Below, in pieces: positions 52,833 through 64,000 of a stretch of 64,000 nt of DNA (position 1 is the stretch's first letter; each line of letters begins with the position of its first letter). The translations under genes were made by a program, and so were the position numbers. The notes under the pieces are model-generated. The model made no database searches, was not told the origin of the DNA, and saw only the letters and a list, made by a program, of their open reading frames with translations. The DNA comes from Octopus vulgaris (lineage: Eukaryota): contig OX597829.1 of assembly GCA_951406725.2 (NCBI GenBank), positions 23,312,001 through 23,376,000 of the forward strand. Direction: 5' to 3'.

Positions 52833-53264
52833 CTGCAACAGATAAAATATTAACAATATAAATATTAGAACAGAAAAGAAAAAAAAAAATGGCTCATTAT
52901 CACAAATCAAACTCTTGTAGTAACATAGTGAATACCTGAAAGAGTGTTCTTCCTACCATGCCTGCCCCACACAACCAGAAATGATATTACATTAGCAATG
53001 CTATAACAGCTGTCAAAAGGAAACCATTTCTTTCTTTGCTCTAAAAGGTCAACAAACAACCCACTGAGGACTTCCTTAATAGGTGGTATGTTATTGTGAT
53101 AGGAATCCACCCCAGTTACAGATTGGTTCTTATTTGATCAACACTTGTGGAATATGAACTCGTAACACACAGGATTATAACTGTGTATATTACAAAGTAC
53201 AATACTGTTTCTGGCGCTCCACTGCTTTGGATAAAAAAAAAGTTTGAGAGATTTTAGTAACAAT

Positions 53265-53676
53265 AGGCACAGGAGTGGCTGTGTGGTAAGTAGCTTGCTA
53301 ACCAACCACATGGATCCGGGTTCAGTCCCACTGCGTGGCATCTTGGGCAAGTGTCTTCTGCTATAGCCCCGGGCTGACCAATACCTTGTGAGTGGATTTG
53401 GTAGACGGAAACTGAAAGAAGCCCATCATATATATGTATTTGTATATATATGTATATGTGTGTGTTTGTGTGTGTGTGTTTGTCCCCCTAGCATTGCTTG
53501 ACAACCGATGCTGATGTGTTTACGTCCCCGTCACTTAGCGGTTCGGCAAAAAGAGACGATAGAATAAGTACTGGGTTTACAAAGAATAAGTCCCGGGGTC
53601 GATTTGCTCGACTAAAGGCGGTGCTCCAGCATGGCCGCAGTCAAATGACTGAAACAAGTAAAAGAGTAAAAGAGTA
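53265..53676 (+). mobile_element. Full-length SINE family A
   Basis: Same consensus. Older copies at ~6958-7790, 10536-10887, 16660-17030, 17480-17830, 25610-25900, 30733-31125, 33180-33560, 34525-34972, 49250-49605, 53715-54110, 59258-59670, 59700-60390, 62112-62470, 62500-62830. Confidence 0.92.
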
Positions 53677-56054
53677 ATATAACTATATCCATGTGTGGTT
53701 AAGAACCTATAAGCACAGGCATAGTTGCGTGATTAACAAATCTGTTCTGTGCTAACATGGTTTGCCATTCAGTTCCACTGCATGGTACCTTGAGCAAGTA
53801 CCTTTTATTTTAGCCCTTGGTTGATGAATGCCTCATGAGTAAATTTCGTAGGTAGAAACTATGTCAAAGACTATCATGTATAAAAGTGTGTGTGTGTGTG
53901 TGTTTGTCCCAACCCTACCACTTGATAACCAGTGTTGGTTTTTTTTTACATCTTTATAACAGCAGGTTGGCAAATAAAGATTGATAGAATGAGAACCAGA
54001 CTTTAAAAAAAAAAGGTACTGGGTCTAATTTGTTTCACTAAAAAAACCCTCCCTTGAATGTGATGCTCCAGCATGGCCACAGTCCAAAGATTAAAACAAG
54101 TAAAAGACAAAGGTAAATGGTATGCTTGTTGATCACAAACACTAAAAACTTCTCCATTATTTCAATGGTGATTACCATCTGGAGGAAGAATCTGTGCTCA
54201 TGGCTTTCAGTAAAGTGAAAAGACCCCCTTCGGTCATGAATGACCATGGGATTGCACCTAGAAAGTTACCCTTCGAGGTACAAGTGCAGACAAGGTTGTT
54301 TATGGAAGACCAGCAGCTGCCCATGCATACCAGCCTCCCCACTCTTCACGCCACTGATGTTATCCAAGGGAAGGGCAAAGGGGCCGATACAGTTACCATC
54401 TACCAAATCTACTCACAAGATTTTGGTCGGCCCAAGGCTATAGTAGAAGACACTTGCTCAAGGTGCTACGCAATGGGACTGAACTCGGAACCATGTGGTT
54501 GGTAAGCAAGCTACTTACCACACAGCCACTCATGTGCCTATTCTTCATAACATAGTTCAGTCTTATTAAACCACAGCTTTATTAGCAACATTTTTAGAAG
54601 CTATGCATTAAAAAAAAATGAGAGAATGTTGATTTATATCTCTTAGACCCAGTTTATAGTGTAATGGCATGGTAGATGGATTCTTCCCAAACACGCACTT
54701 GATGTTCTCAGAAACAAAATTCTGTTTTATTTACATGTGATTAAGCACTGATAATACTTGCAAATTTATCATCCTGTGTATCTAAATATCTTGTAAATAA
54801 CTCACAAGTATTCAAAATAAAAATCAATAGGTGTGTTTTTTGTATTTCAAATATACATAAAATTTTCAAGACAAACAATAAAAAAAAAAAACCTTTCGTA
54901 GTTAATTCTCCATGGTTGCATAATTAGAATAGCTTTTGCAAATTTGGATAGTGATACATTGTCAAAGGCAAATGTTTTAGCAGCTCCTGTTGCTAACCAG
55001 TAAACCATGAACAGTAAACAGTACCAGTTTCCCCTTTGTTGACTAGCAATCAGAGTCCATATTCTTCACTGACTAACATGTGATTAGCAGAGTTCAGCAG
55101 ACTGACGTCTGCATGGGAATCAGCCAAGGGTAATAGTTCAGGACAAAAAAATAGTGGTTGAAGTATTTAAACTGAAGTTTTGTGGGTCTGACACTGTAAG
55201 AATGACACGAAGAGAGTTAAGTTGATCAGACGGTACACAACTTACTACATTCAACACACTGAAGGAATGATAAGGTTTGCTCTGCCAAACTTTATACATT
55301 CACAGAATGTCAGTTAAAATTCTGCCAATGAAACCTAAATAAATTCATATTATTGTCTTGATTGCTATTTCTAAACTTCTTCACATTAAAGATCCTACAT
55401 CATTTTAACGTACACTTTTTCCATGCTAGCATGGGTTAGACTTATTGAGGCAGTTTTTCAACAGCTGGGTGCTCTTCCTGTTGCTAACATTCACTCAATT
55501 CCAAATAAGGTACTATCATTCTGATCATTCGAAAAACAATCCAGTCAACAGGCAGACATCTCTTTGGAACAGATGTAAGCATTGGACATATAACCCAACC
55601 TCAGTCAACACAGATAGAGGACAGAACATGTTCCTCCTACACTCACCAACATATTGCTACGACCTTCTTGTGCAAAACTTTATTTAGGTTAGCAGCAGTA
55701 CTTGAAAATCTCATTATTTTAGGAGACTAACACAGTTAATATATTTAAATGTCTCAATCATTGTCATTTCAACACAATAAGCACCACATCAATTATCATT
55801 GTTTAAAACAACTGATATATCTAAATGCTCTAATTATTCTTTGATTTCTGCTAATTTGCATCTAATACCAACCATACCATTCTTTAATTCTGATTAATTT
55901 CCTACTGAAATACACAGTTCATGTTTCGATTAGTTTTGAAAATAATCAAGAACTTGTGAAGATATAGTAAAATAATTGACTGTCATTTACTGGTCGCTGT
56001 TTAGCCCAAGGTCAGCTTTCATCCAGCAAGATCTATGAACAGAAGTGTTTTAAA

Positions 56055-56274
56055 CCCTTTAGCATTCAGATTACTTAGTCAAACATAATGCTTATTTATT
56101 CACATTGTTTTGAATTAATCATGTATTATCTTGTAGCTTTGAGATTTCAATGATGTGATTGTCTAGTTATAGAATGACATAGAGGGGTAGGTGTGAGAGG
56201 CTGGATCTGGTCAGTTTGAACATAAAACAAAAACAATATTTTGGCTAGACATGGCTGGTTTATATGCTAAAGGG
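56055..56274. mobile_element. piggyBac-like MITE, ~210 bp family
   Basis: ccctttagcat...atgctaaaggg termini with TTAA-type flanks. Further copies at ~19787-20415 (split by a SINE), 30040-30210, 35712-35800, 56531-56752. Confidence 0.8.
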
Positions 56275-57624
56275 TTAAGCTGTGATCACCACTTCATTAA
56301 GACATTGTGTAAACAGGAACAATATTATCCTAGATCATGGTAGGGTATGATTTGAGGGAGATTTGGCTGCCATAATGTCGGGAAATCATTGATTCAAGGA
56401 TGTGCTGGTATATTGATTTGATGTTTGAAACATAACAAAATTTCTTTTAGATAAAATATTATATAAGATCATTTTGTTTCAAAGGAACAGGGCTGATCTG
56501 ATGTTATTTAGCATCAAAAGGGTTAATTAACCCCCTTTTTATTTAGATTATTCTGTGAAATGTAATGCTTTTTTATTCACATTGTTTTGAATTTATCATA
56601 CGTTATCTCAGAGCTTTGAGATATTGAATCATATGATTGTGTATTTTTACAATGACACTGTAGGGTAGGTGTGAGAGGCCAGATCTGGCTGGTTTAAGCT
56701 TAAAACAGATAGATTATTCAAACCAGATGTGGCCAGTTTAAATGCTGAAGGGTTAATACTGAATATTTATTCAACATCAGTCTTCACAATGCTACTGTCC
56801 AGCCCCTCTGATTTAAAGCCACTGTAGCATTTTATGAAAGGTTTCCATTCCTGGAGTCTTGAAAAGATTATAATATTAGAGATGAAACAGAAGGCGTAGC
56901 AAGATTTTAGCTGATCATCTTGTTTTCAATCATTTAAAAACTGAACTTCTAGTGTACCTTTATTTCAAAGTCAAGCCGCATTTCTACTGAATTATCAAGA
57001 TTTTTCTTAACTTCTTTTGATTACATTCCAACAGCTTGAAAAATAATTATCAGCCAAAACATTATTTGAGTCTTAATACCTTTCCGAAAAATAAACAGTA
57101 AAAAAATTTTTAATTTGTTTGGGTGGAGTTCAACATAGCTGAGATATTGCATCAGGAATCCTCTCTCAAGTGAATACCCTATCAGACATTATTTGATCAA
57201 AGCTTTAGATTATTTCAATGTAATCTTTCTCCAAGAAACTTGAGAGATGTCAGTTTAATCTCCTTAGTAAAGCATTTTAAATCCTGCTTGGTTAATATAT
57301 GGAGATTTCATGACCTGAAAATCTACATTCATAATTAAAAAATCAATTAAAAATCAGGAAATTATGAAATGGATGATTGAGACTTTATTTTTATAAAGAG
57401 TGGCTAAAGTAACTCAAGCTGACACAACCTATTATTATTATTATAACCATTATTAAGGCAGCAAGCTAGCAGAATTGGTAGCACACTGGTTGAAATGCTT
57501 AGTGGCATTTTCTTGTCTTTAAGTTCTAAGTTCAAATTTCACAGAGGTCATCCTTTCAGGGTAGATAAAATAAGTACAAGTTGATTACCGGTATCAATGG
57601 CCTTGTGCCAAAATTAGAAACTAT

Positions 57625-58055
57625 TATTGTTATTATTATTATTATTGAGTGAGAGAGCAGTGCATGCCATCAAAGTGACACTGGGGTAAAATATACGAAG
57701 CCCAGTATACCCAGTATGACTACCTATCTGATAAGGGTACACTAGGCACATGCATCACAACCGTATGTGCGTGACATGGTGATCTCATATCAAGAGAAAC
57801 GACACATGACCTTGCAGGTAGGGGCCATGTTAGAATTTTCTTCAGGTCGAGTAGCCCATCCTACTCAAAAGATCCCTGAATAAGGGTTGTTTAAGGATGT
57901 TGAGCAAAATATCCATGTTTCTAAAGGTGAATTAATCAAATCCCAAAGAAATCCTCTCAACACATGGCTATGATGCTCCTCCACTACTTCTGCTCATGAT
58001 GATCAGAGATGCACATATCATCAGCCACTAAGGGACATGCTCAACTGGTTAAGGC
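57625..58055 (-). mobile_element. Retroposon 3' end with (AAT)n tail, unclassified
   Basis: Shares ~120 bp with 15680-15800 in the opposite orientation; ends cactgctctctcactc(aat)n. Confidence 0.6.
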
Positions 58056-58232
58056 CTGTTATTTTTATTACCGGTGGTGGTGGTAGTAGGAGGAGGGCAG
58101 AACCATTAGCATACTGAACAAAATGCTTAGCAGTGTTTCATCAGTCTAGTTTTAAAGCCTGACGAGGTCCCTTTGCCTTTCATTCCTTCAGAATTGCTAA
58201 AATAGGTCCCAGTCAAGTATTGGGAGAGGTAT

Positions 58233-58400
58233 ACTGTAAAAACCCATGTAATTTACGCACTTTTTTTTTACAAAAACAAGAATAAACATTAGGAAGTGTG
58301 TAAATTACATGAGTAGATCATTTCCAGAATTTTTTTAGAAATCTTATTTGTCAAAAAATGATGTACAGGAAGTCGATTCATTTAATGCCGGTTTTTACAG
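58233..58400. mobile_element. Possible Tc2/pogo-like DNA transposon end
   Basis: TA|ctgtaaaaaccc, internal inverted catgtaatttacgcac / gtgtgtaaattacatg, distal ggtttttacag. Confidence 0.45.
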
Positions 58401-59844
58401 GAAAAATATAATGAAGTTGACTTTATTTATGCTGGACAGTATAATGCTTACTTTTTCCGTATAAATCTACTAAAAACATTAAATGGTTAACTACTTTTTG
58501 AAGTTTGATGTTCAAGCTGCTAATCACGGTCTGGGCCATATTTTACATTGCTTGGAGTTTCTACCTATCGCAATGGAGCCCAGCAATTTCCTTAGATAGA
58601 TCAGTTTTGTAGTAAAGAGTGTTTGCCAACATAACATGGCAGTCCCGGTTTAGGACAAATGTTGCTGTAATTTAGCCCCAGGAGACATCATCTCCAGCTG
58701 GCTATACGACACGATCTGTGTCCTTATATTTTCGAACAAGGGAATCTAACACCCCCACTCAGCTCAAAACAATATCTGTATATCACAATTTCCGGATTAT
58801 TTCCCTCCATTAGCATGGACTAATTGTTTGGCTAGAGTTGGTGGTGCCAAATTCCTGTTCGAAATATATAGTTTTCGAAGTGACAACTAGTCACTGATTT
58901 ATAAATTAGAAAGTTACTATTTCTAAATATCACAACGTGAAAAATCGGTAAAAGAGTGTATTGATTAGGTTTAGCAAGGTACAGAATGATGTCAGTGAAT
59001 TGAGAGAGAAATGTAAGAGACAATAGGCTTTGAAATCAGATTGAATGGAAAATGTAATTATACAGAATGTAATCAATTAATCAGAAATTAATTAATATAA
59101 TCTATAATGTATCAATAAATTTTTTAGTGGATCAAATCAATGACCTTGTTTTTGATTTCCCATTCAGTGCTTGATTCATATTACTAATGTATACTGTAAT
59201 AGCATCAAAGTCACAACATCTTTCATTTCTGCAATAAACTAGAATTAATAAAAAACTTGGAGTGGCTGTGTGGTAAGTAACTTGCTTACCAGCCACATGG
59301 TTCTAGGTTCAGTCCCACTGCGTGGTACCTTCAGCAAGTGTCTTCTACTATAGCCTCGACCCAACCAAAGCCTTGTGAGTGGATTTGGTAGATGGAAACT
59401 GAAAGAAGCCCGTCATATATATGTGTATATATATATATGTATGAGTGTGTATAAGTTTGTGTGTCTGTAATTGTCCCCCTAACATTGCTTGACAACCGAT
59501 GCTGGTATATTTACATCCCGGTAACTTAGCGGTTCAGCAAAAGAGACCGATAGAATAAGTACTGGGCTTACAAAGAATAAGTCCTGGGGTCGATTTGCTC
59601 GACTAAAGGCGGTGCTCCAGCATGGCCACAGTCAAATGACTGAAACAAATAAAAGAGTAAAAGAGAAGTAAAAAGTTTAAACAATTTGGCACATCACTAT
59701 ATGACATGGCTGTGTGGTTAAGAAGTTCACTTTGCAACCAAGCGATTTCAGGTTCAGTCCTACTGCATGGCACCCTAAGCAAGCACCTTCTCCTATAGCA
59801 CCAAATTAACCAATGCCTTATGAGAGAATTTGATAGACGGAAGC

Positions 59845-60125
59845 TAGGGCTGTGGAGTCGAAACAAAAAACTTTGACTCCAACTCCTCTACTATTGGCGA
59901 CTCCGACTCCTCTTTATGTAATTAAGTGATTGTGGTCTACATATCTCATAAAGCATATACATACACTTGTACTTTGAGTGGGCCTATATGTTACAACTGG
60001 TTTATATTAAAGAATAAAGACATTGTCAGTCGGAGTCAGAGTCAGTATAGTTTAACCAACTCCAACTCCAGCTACCCTTCAATTGTTTCCAACTCTGACT
60101 CCACAACTGCAACTTCACAACCCTG
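59845..60125. mobile_element. hAT-like MITE inserted in a SINE
   Basis: Ends tagggctgtggagtcg / caacttcacaaccctg, gactcc subterminal repeats, decayed 8 bp TSD acggaagc / atggaaac (SINE consensus acggaaac). Confidence 0.78.
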
Positions 60126-60683
60126 ATGGAAACTGTGAGGAAGCCCATGTGTATGTATGTTTGTATGTATGTATATATAAGTATTATGCATGCATGTGTT
60201 TTTGTGTCTTCACCATTGCTCAACAACCAGAGTTGGTTTGTTTACATACTCATAATTTAGCAGTTTAGTGACAGAGACTAACAGAATAAGTATCAGACTT
60301 AGTACTGGGATTGATTAGCTTGACTGAACCCTTATAGGCAATGCCACAGCATGGCTGCAGTCCAATGACTGAAACAAGTAAAGAGAAAGGATAAAAACAA
60401 CAAAAAAACAATTAAACAATTTCCAAGACACAGGTTTAATCCAATTAACAAATTAGATGCCTTTCACATTGAAAACCAGAACGCAGACAATAAGCTAACA
60501 AGGGAGCCTCTAGGTAGTTACTCAGGTAGTTAGAAATAGCAATCAAATTTCTTTCCTTCAAATCACACCTACCATCTTTTAAAAAAGAAAAAGAAGACAC
60601 TGGATAAAGTAGTCCGAGATGCACTTTACATTTTATACACATGTATGAATTTAGGCATGTATGTATGTATATATATATGTATG

Positions 60684-60723
<40 letters not shown>

Positions 60724-61545
60724 TGCATAGATACTTAAATATAAACATATATGTACATATGCATACATACATACATACATACAAACAAACAAACACATAC
60801 ACACAGACACAGACACACAGGTATATGGAAGAGTCATGGTTGGAATACTATTCAATCAGGGCCCGAATTGAGGAAGTGGGTGGGGGGTGCTTAAGCAACA
60901 GTAACAAATACAAATCCAACCACAAGATGCATAAACACAAATACAAAGACAGAAAGAAGCATAAGAAAAAAAACAAAAAACAAAAAAAAACACAAAAATA
61001 ATTTTAAAATATATAACGGAAATACTGGTGTAGCAGATGTTAAATAAAAACAACGTTCCCACCACGCCCATCACCACCAACCTACTGTTACAGGGAGAGA
61101 AATTGCCTCATATGTTGTTGCACTGTTATTGAAAAAAAAACCCCAAAAAAACATAGTATTCAGCAGCATTAACGGAATGTCATTAGAGAAGAGTGAAGAG
61201 AGCAAGAACATAAATAAACCCATGAAATCAATGAGGAACAGGTTGGAGGTGAAGAGGGGGGCGGGGGAGATTTGTTCAGTTGTGGCAGCGGTGGTGGTGG
61301 TGGCGGCGCTGACTACAAGATTTCCCCCCCTCCCCACACCCTTCTGCTGCTGTAATGAGATTCTATCTACAGTGGAATCGGTTTGGTTGCTAAGCAATGA
61401 TGACTCACACTGAATCAGTAATTCAATAATAATAATAATAATAATAATAAAAACAACAAAACAATAAATAAAATAAATAAACAACAACAAAACACACGCA
61501 CACACCCGAGAAAATATCAAAATCTGAAACAGCAACTACAACTGC

Positions 61546-61576
<31 letters not shown>

Positions 61577-61877
61577 TAATAAATAATAATAATAATAAAA
61601 AATAATAATAATAAAATAATAATAAATAATAATAATAATAAATAATAATAATAATAAATAATAATAATATTAATAACGCAATAAAAGAGAAACATATATA
61701 TATACACAAACGTCACTTAAAAGCTTGGAAGTACCTGTGAAAGTGCATTGAAGTACAAATTTGAAATTTCACTCTAATGTTAAAGCTAATGCACTGTTCT
61801 AAAGTGGGTTTCCTGAGTGAAGGTGATAGAAACGTTGATGGTGGTTGTAAGGTAAGATACATAACTACAAGAAGAGG

Positions 61878-61914
<37 letters not shown>

Positions 61915-62079
61915 ATATTATAGCACTAAATGAAGCACCTGTTACCATATGTATATGTACTAGATACATGTATGTGTGTGTGTGTATCTATATATTATAT
62001 ACATACACACACACCAGCATGGAAAAATGGAAAAACAGACATCAAATGATAATGATGACATACATTTGTGCCCATGTAC

Positions 62080-62114
<35 letters not shown>

Positions 62115-63139
62115 CTCTTTATTCTTTAACTTGTTCAGTCATTTGATTATGGCCATGCTGGAGCACTGCTTTTAGTCAAACTTTGTAAGCCTAGTACTTA
62201 TACTATTGGTCTATTTTGCCAAACCACGAAGTTACAGAGGATGTAAACACACCAACATCAGTTGTCAAGCAATAGTGGGAGGACAAACACAGACACAAAT
62301 ATATACATAAATATATATATACAATGGGCTTCTTTCAGTTTCCATCAACCAAATCCACTTGCAAGGCTTTGGTTGGCCTGAGGCTATAGTAGAAGACACT
62401 TGCCCAAGGTACCATGCAGTAGGACTGAACCTAGAACCATGTGGTTAGGAAGTAAGCTTCTTACCACACTACATGAATTTGTAACTACATGAATTTTAGT
62501 CACTCCCACCACATGACATCTTGGACAAATCTTTTCTACTATAGCCCCCAGAATGACCAATGCCATGTGAGCAAATTTTGGAAAAGGGAAGCTGTGTGGA
62601 AGCCAATCATATGTATGTGCATGTGTGTTTTTGTGATTGTCCCCTAACACCACTTGACAAATGATGTTCCATTGTTTACATCCCTTTAACATAACCAGTT
62701 TAGCAAAATAAAAAGAAAGAATGACCAACAGAATAAGTATCTGACTTTAATAAGAAAAAAAGGGTTAGTCCTGATTTGTTCAACTAAACACTTTAAAGTG
62801 GTGCCCAGCATGGCCACAATCCTATGACAATCTATAAAAAATTGAAGGATATATATACTCATATGTGTACATATGCATATACAGACAATTATTATTTTTT
62901 TTTTACATCTGTTTTCCATTCTTACAAGGGTTGGACAAGTCGTCACAAACCATTGCAAGTCTTACTTATGATCTGTCTCTTCTACAGGTTCTACTAACTT
63001 GGAATACTCGGCACTTTCTTATACAGCATTCATGCTATATATGCACAGCATATACATACTAGTGCAGTCATATTCCATATGCACCACATGTCCATACTAG
63101 TACAGTCACCTCTCTTGTACACTGCACTTGATTCCTCTT

Positions 63140-63402
63140 ATAAGGCAGATCCAGAATAACTTCTGCTAAATCAGATCAACATTAAAAGGATTCATGCCAT
63201 TAGAAGAATTAAAGAAGAGCTTAGAATCTTCAAGCAAAAGGTACCAATTGTAATTTTGGATTTTTCCCAGGCATTTAATAAATAATGTCAACAGAAATAT
63301 CAAGTTATATATCTTGCTGAACTAATGTATCCCAGATAAGATTGTTAAAGACATCACCATCAAGTACTAAAATATCAACAAAATGTGTGTAAAGCACAAG
63401 TC
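63140..63402 (+). mobile_element. Decayed LINE reverse transcriptase fragment
   Basis: IHAIRRIKEELRIFKQKVPIVILDFSQAFNK...IPDKIVK resembles the RT DFxKAFD region. Confidence 0.65.
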
Positions 63403-63404
63403 TA

Positions 63405-64000
63405 CGAGGTGGTTTCAAAATGTTCCTGGACTAGTTTTGTAGCACATCAACAGATGGCAGCACACAGTTGTGAGTCCAGTGAGACCTAGCAGTGACCTTC
63501 ATGCTCTAGTGTTTTGAACAACATCACTGTGTTTACTTTGCAAGTTGTGAAATTTGTGTTTTTGGGAAATCTGCTACAGAGACATTGAGCATGCCTCAGA
63601 AAGCTTATGGCAACAAAGCAATGGGTCATACGCAATGTTTTGAGTGACATGGGCACTTCAAAAGCAGAAGAACATCCTCGGAAGATGATGAGCAATCTAG
63701 AAAACCTGCCACAAGCATCACCACCAGAAATATGGTATTGTTATTGAGAATTCATCCCCCGGGGCTAGCCATTAATCAAGAGTTCTACTGCAACATTTTG
63801 AAGCACTTAACGGAGAACACTTGACAAAAGTGACCAGATCTATGGAGCGCAAAGAAATGGATTCTCTACCAAGCTCTCCTCACTTGTGAGTTTTATCACC
63901 AAAAACAACATGATATTACTTCTGCATCCCCCCTATTTAGCACCTGCGGAGTTTCCTTTCTTCCCCAAGATGAAAATGCAGCTCAAAGGTCACTATTTTA
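63405..64000 (+). mobile_element. Internally deleted copy of the same mariner, running off the window
   Basis: TA|cgaggtggtttcaaaatgttcctggactag TIR, collinear with 50936-52189. Confidence 0.9.

Noticed and set aside
56800-57330. Coding-looking unique sequence
   Set aside because: Stops in the frames examined and no recognisable motif; possibly an old transposon fragment, but this cannot be supported.
61071-61535. 154 aa minus-strand ORF with a hydrophobic stretch as spastin exon 1
   Set aside because: No MIT helix-1 motif (H..AF..I..AL..DE), it ends in a stop, and much of it is low-complexity sequence.

Overview
AT-rich, microsatellite- and repeat-dense eukaryotic DNA. The repeat landscape looks like an octopus (coleoid cephalopod) genome; this is inferred, not verified. 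The whole window lies inside one minus-strand gene, spastin (microtubule-severing AAA ATPase). Eight clear GT-AG coding exons (MIT-domain helices, linker, first half of the AAA domain including Walker A) and one probable symmetric cassette exon splice in frame. The first exon and the 3' exons were not found and presumably lie outside the window. The introns hold many tRNA-derived SINEs, RTE-type and R4/Dong-type LINE remnants, two mariner relics, piggyBac-like and hAT-like MITEs, and non-autonomous Helitrons. There is one 100-N gap with overlapping flanks. The best finding is an intact type I hammerhead ribozyme (+ strand, ~23032-23147) in a ~350 bp CpG-retaining insert. Two further Penelope-like elements have degenerate hammerhead motifs, one of them tRNA-headed with a palindromic 5' end. 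A Helitron-associated local triplication sits next to a CpG-retaining promoter-like patch. Almost all ORFs in the supplied track are repeat or microsatellite artefacts.
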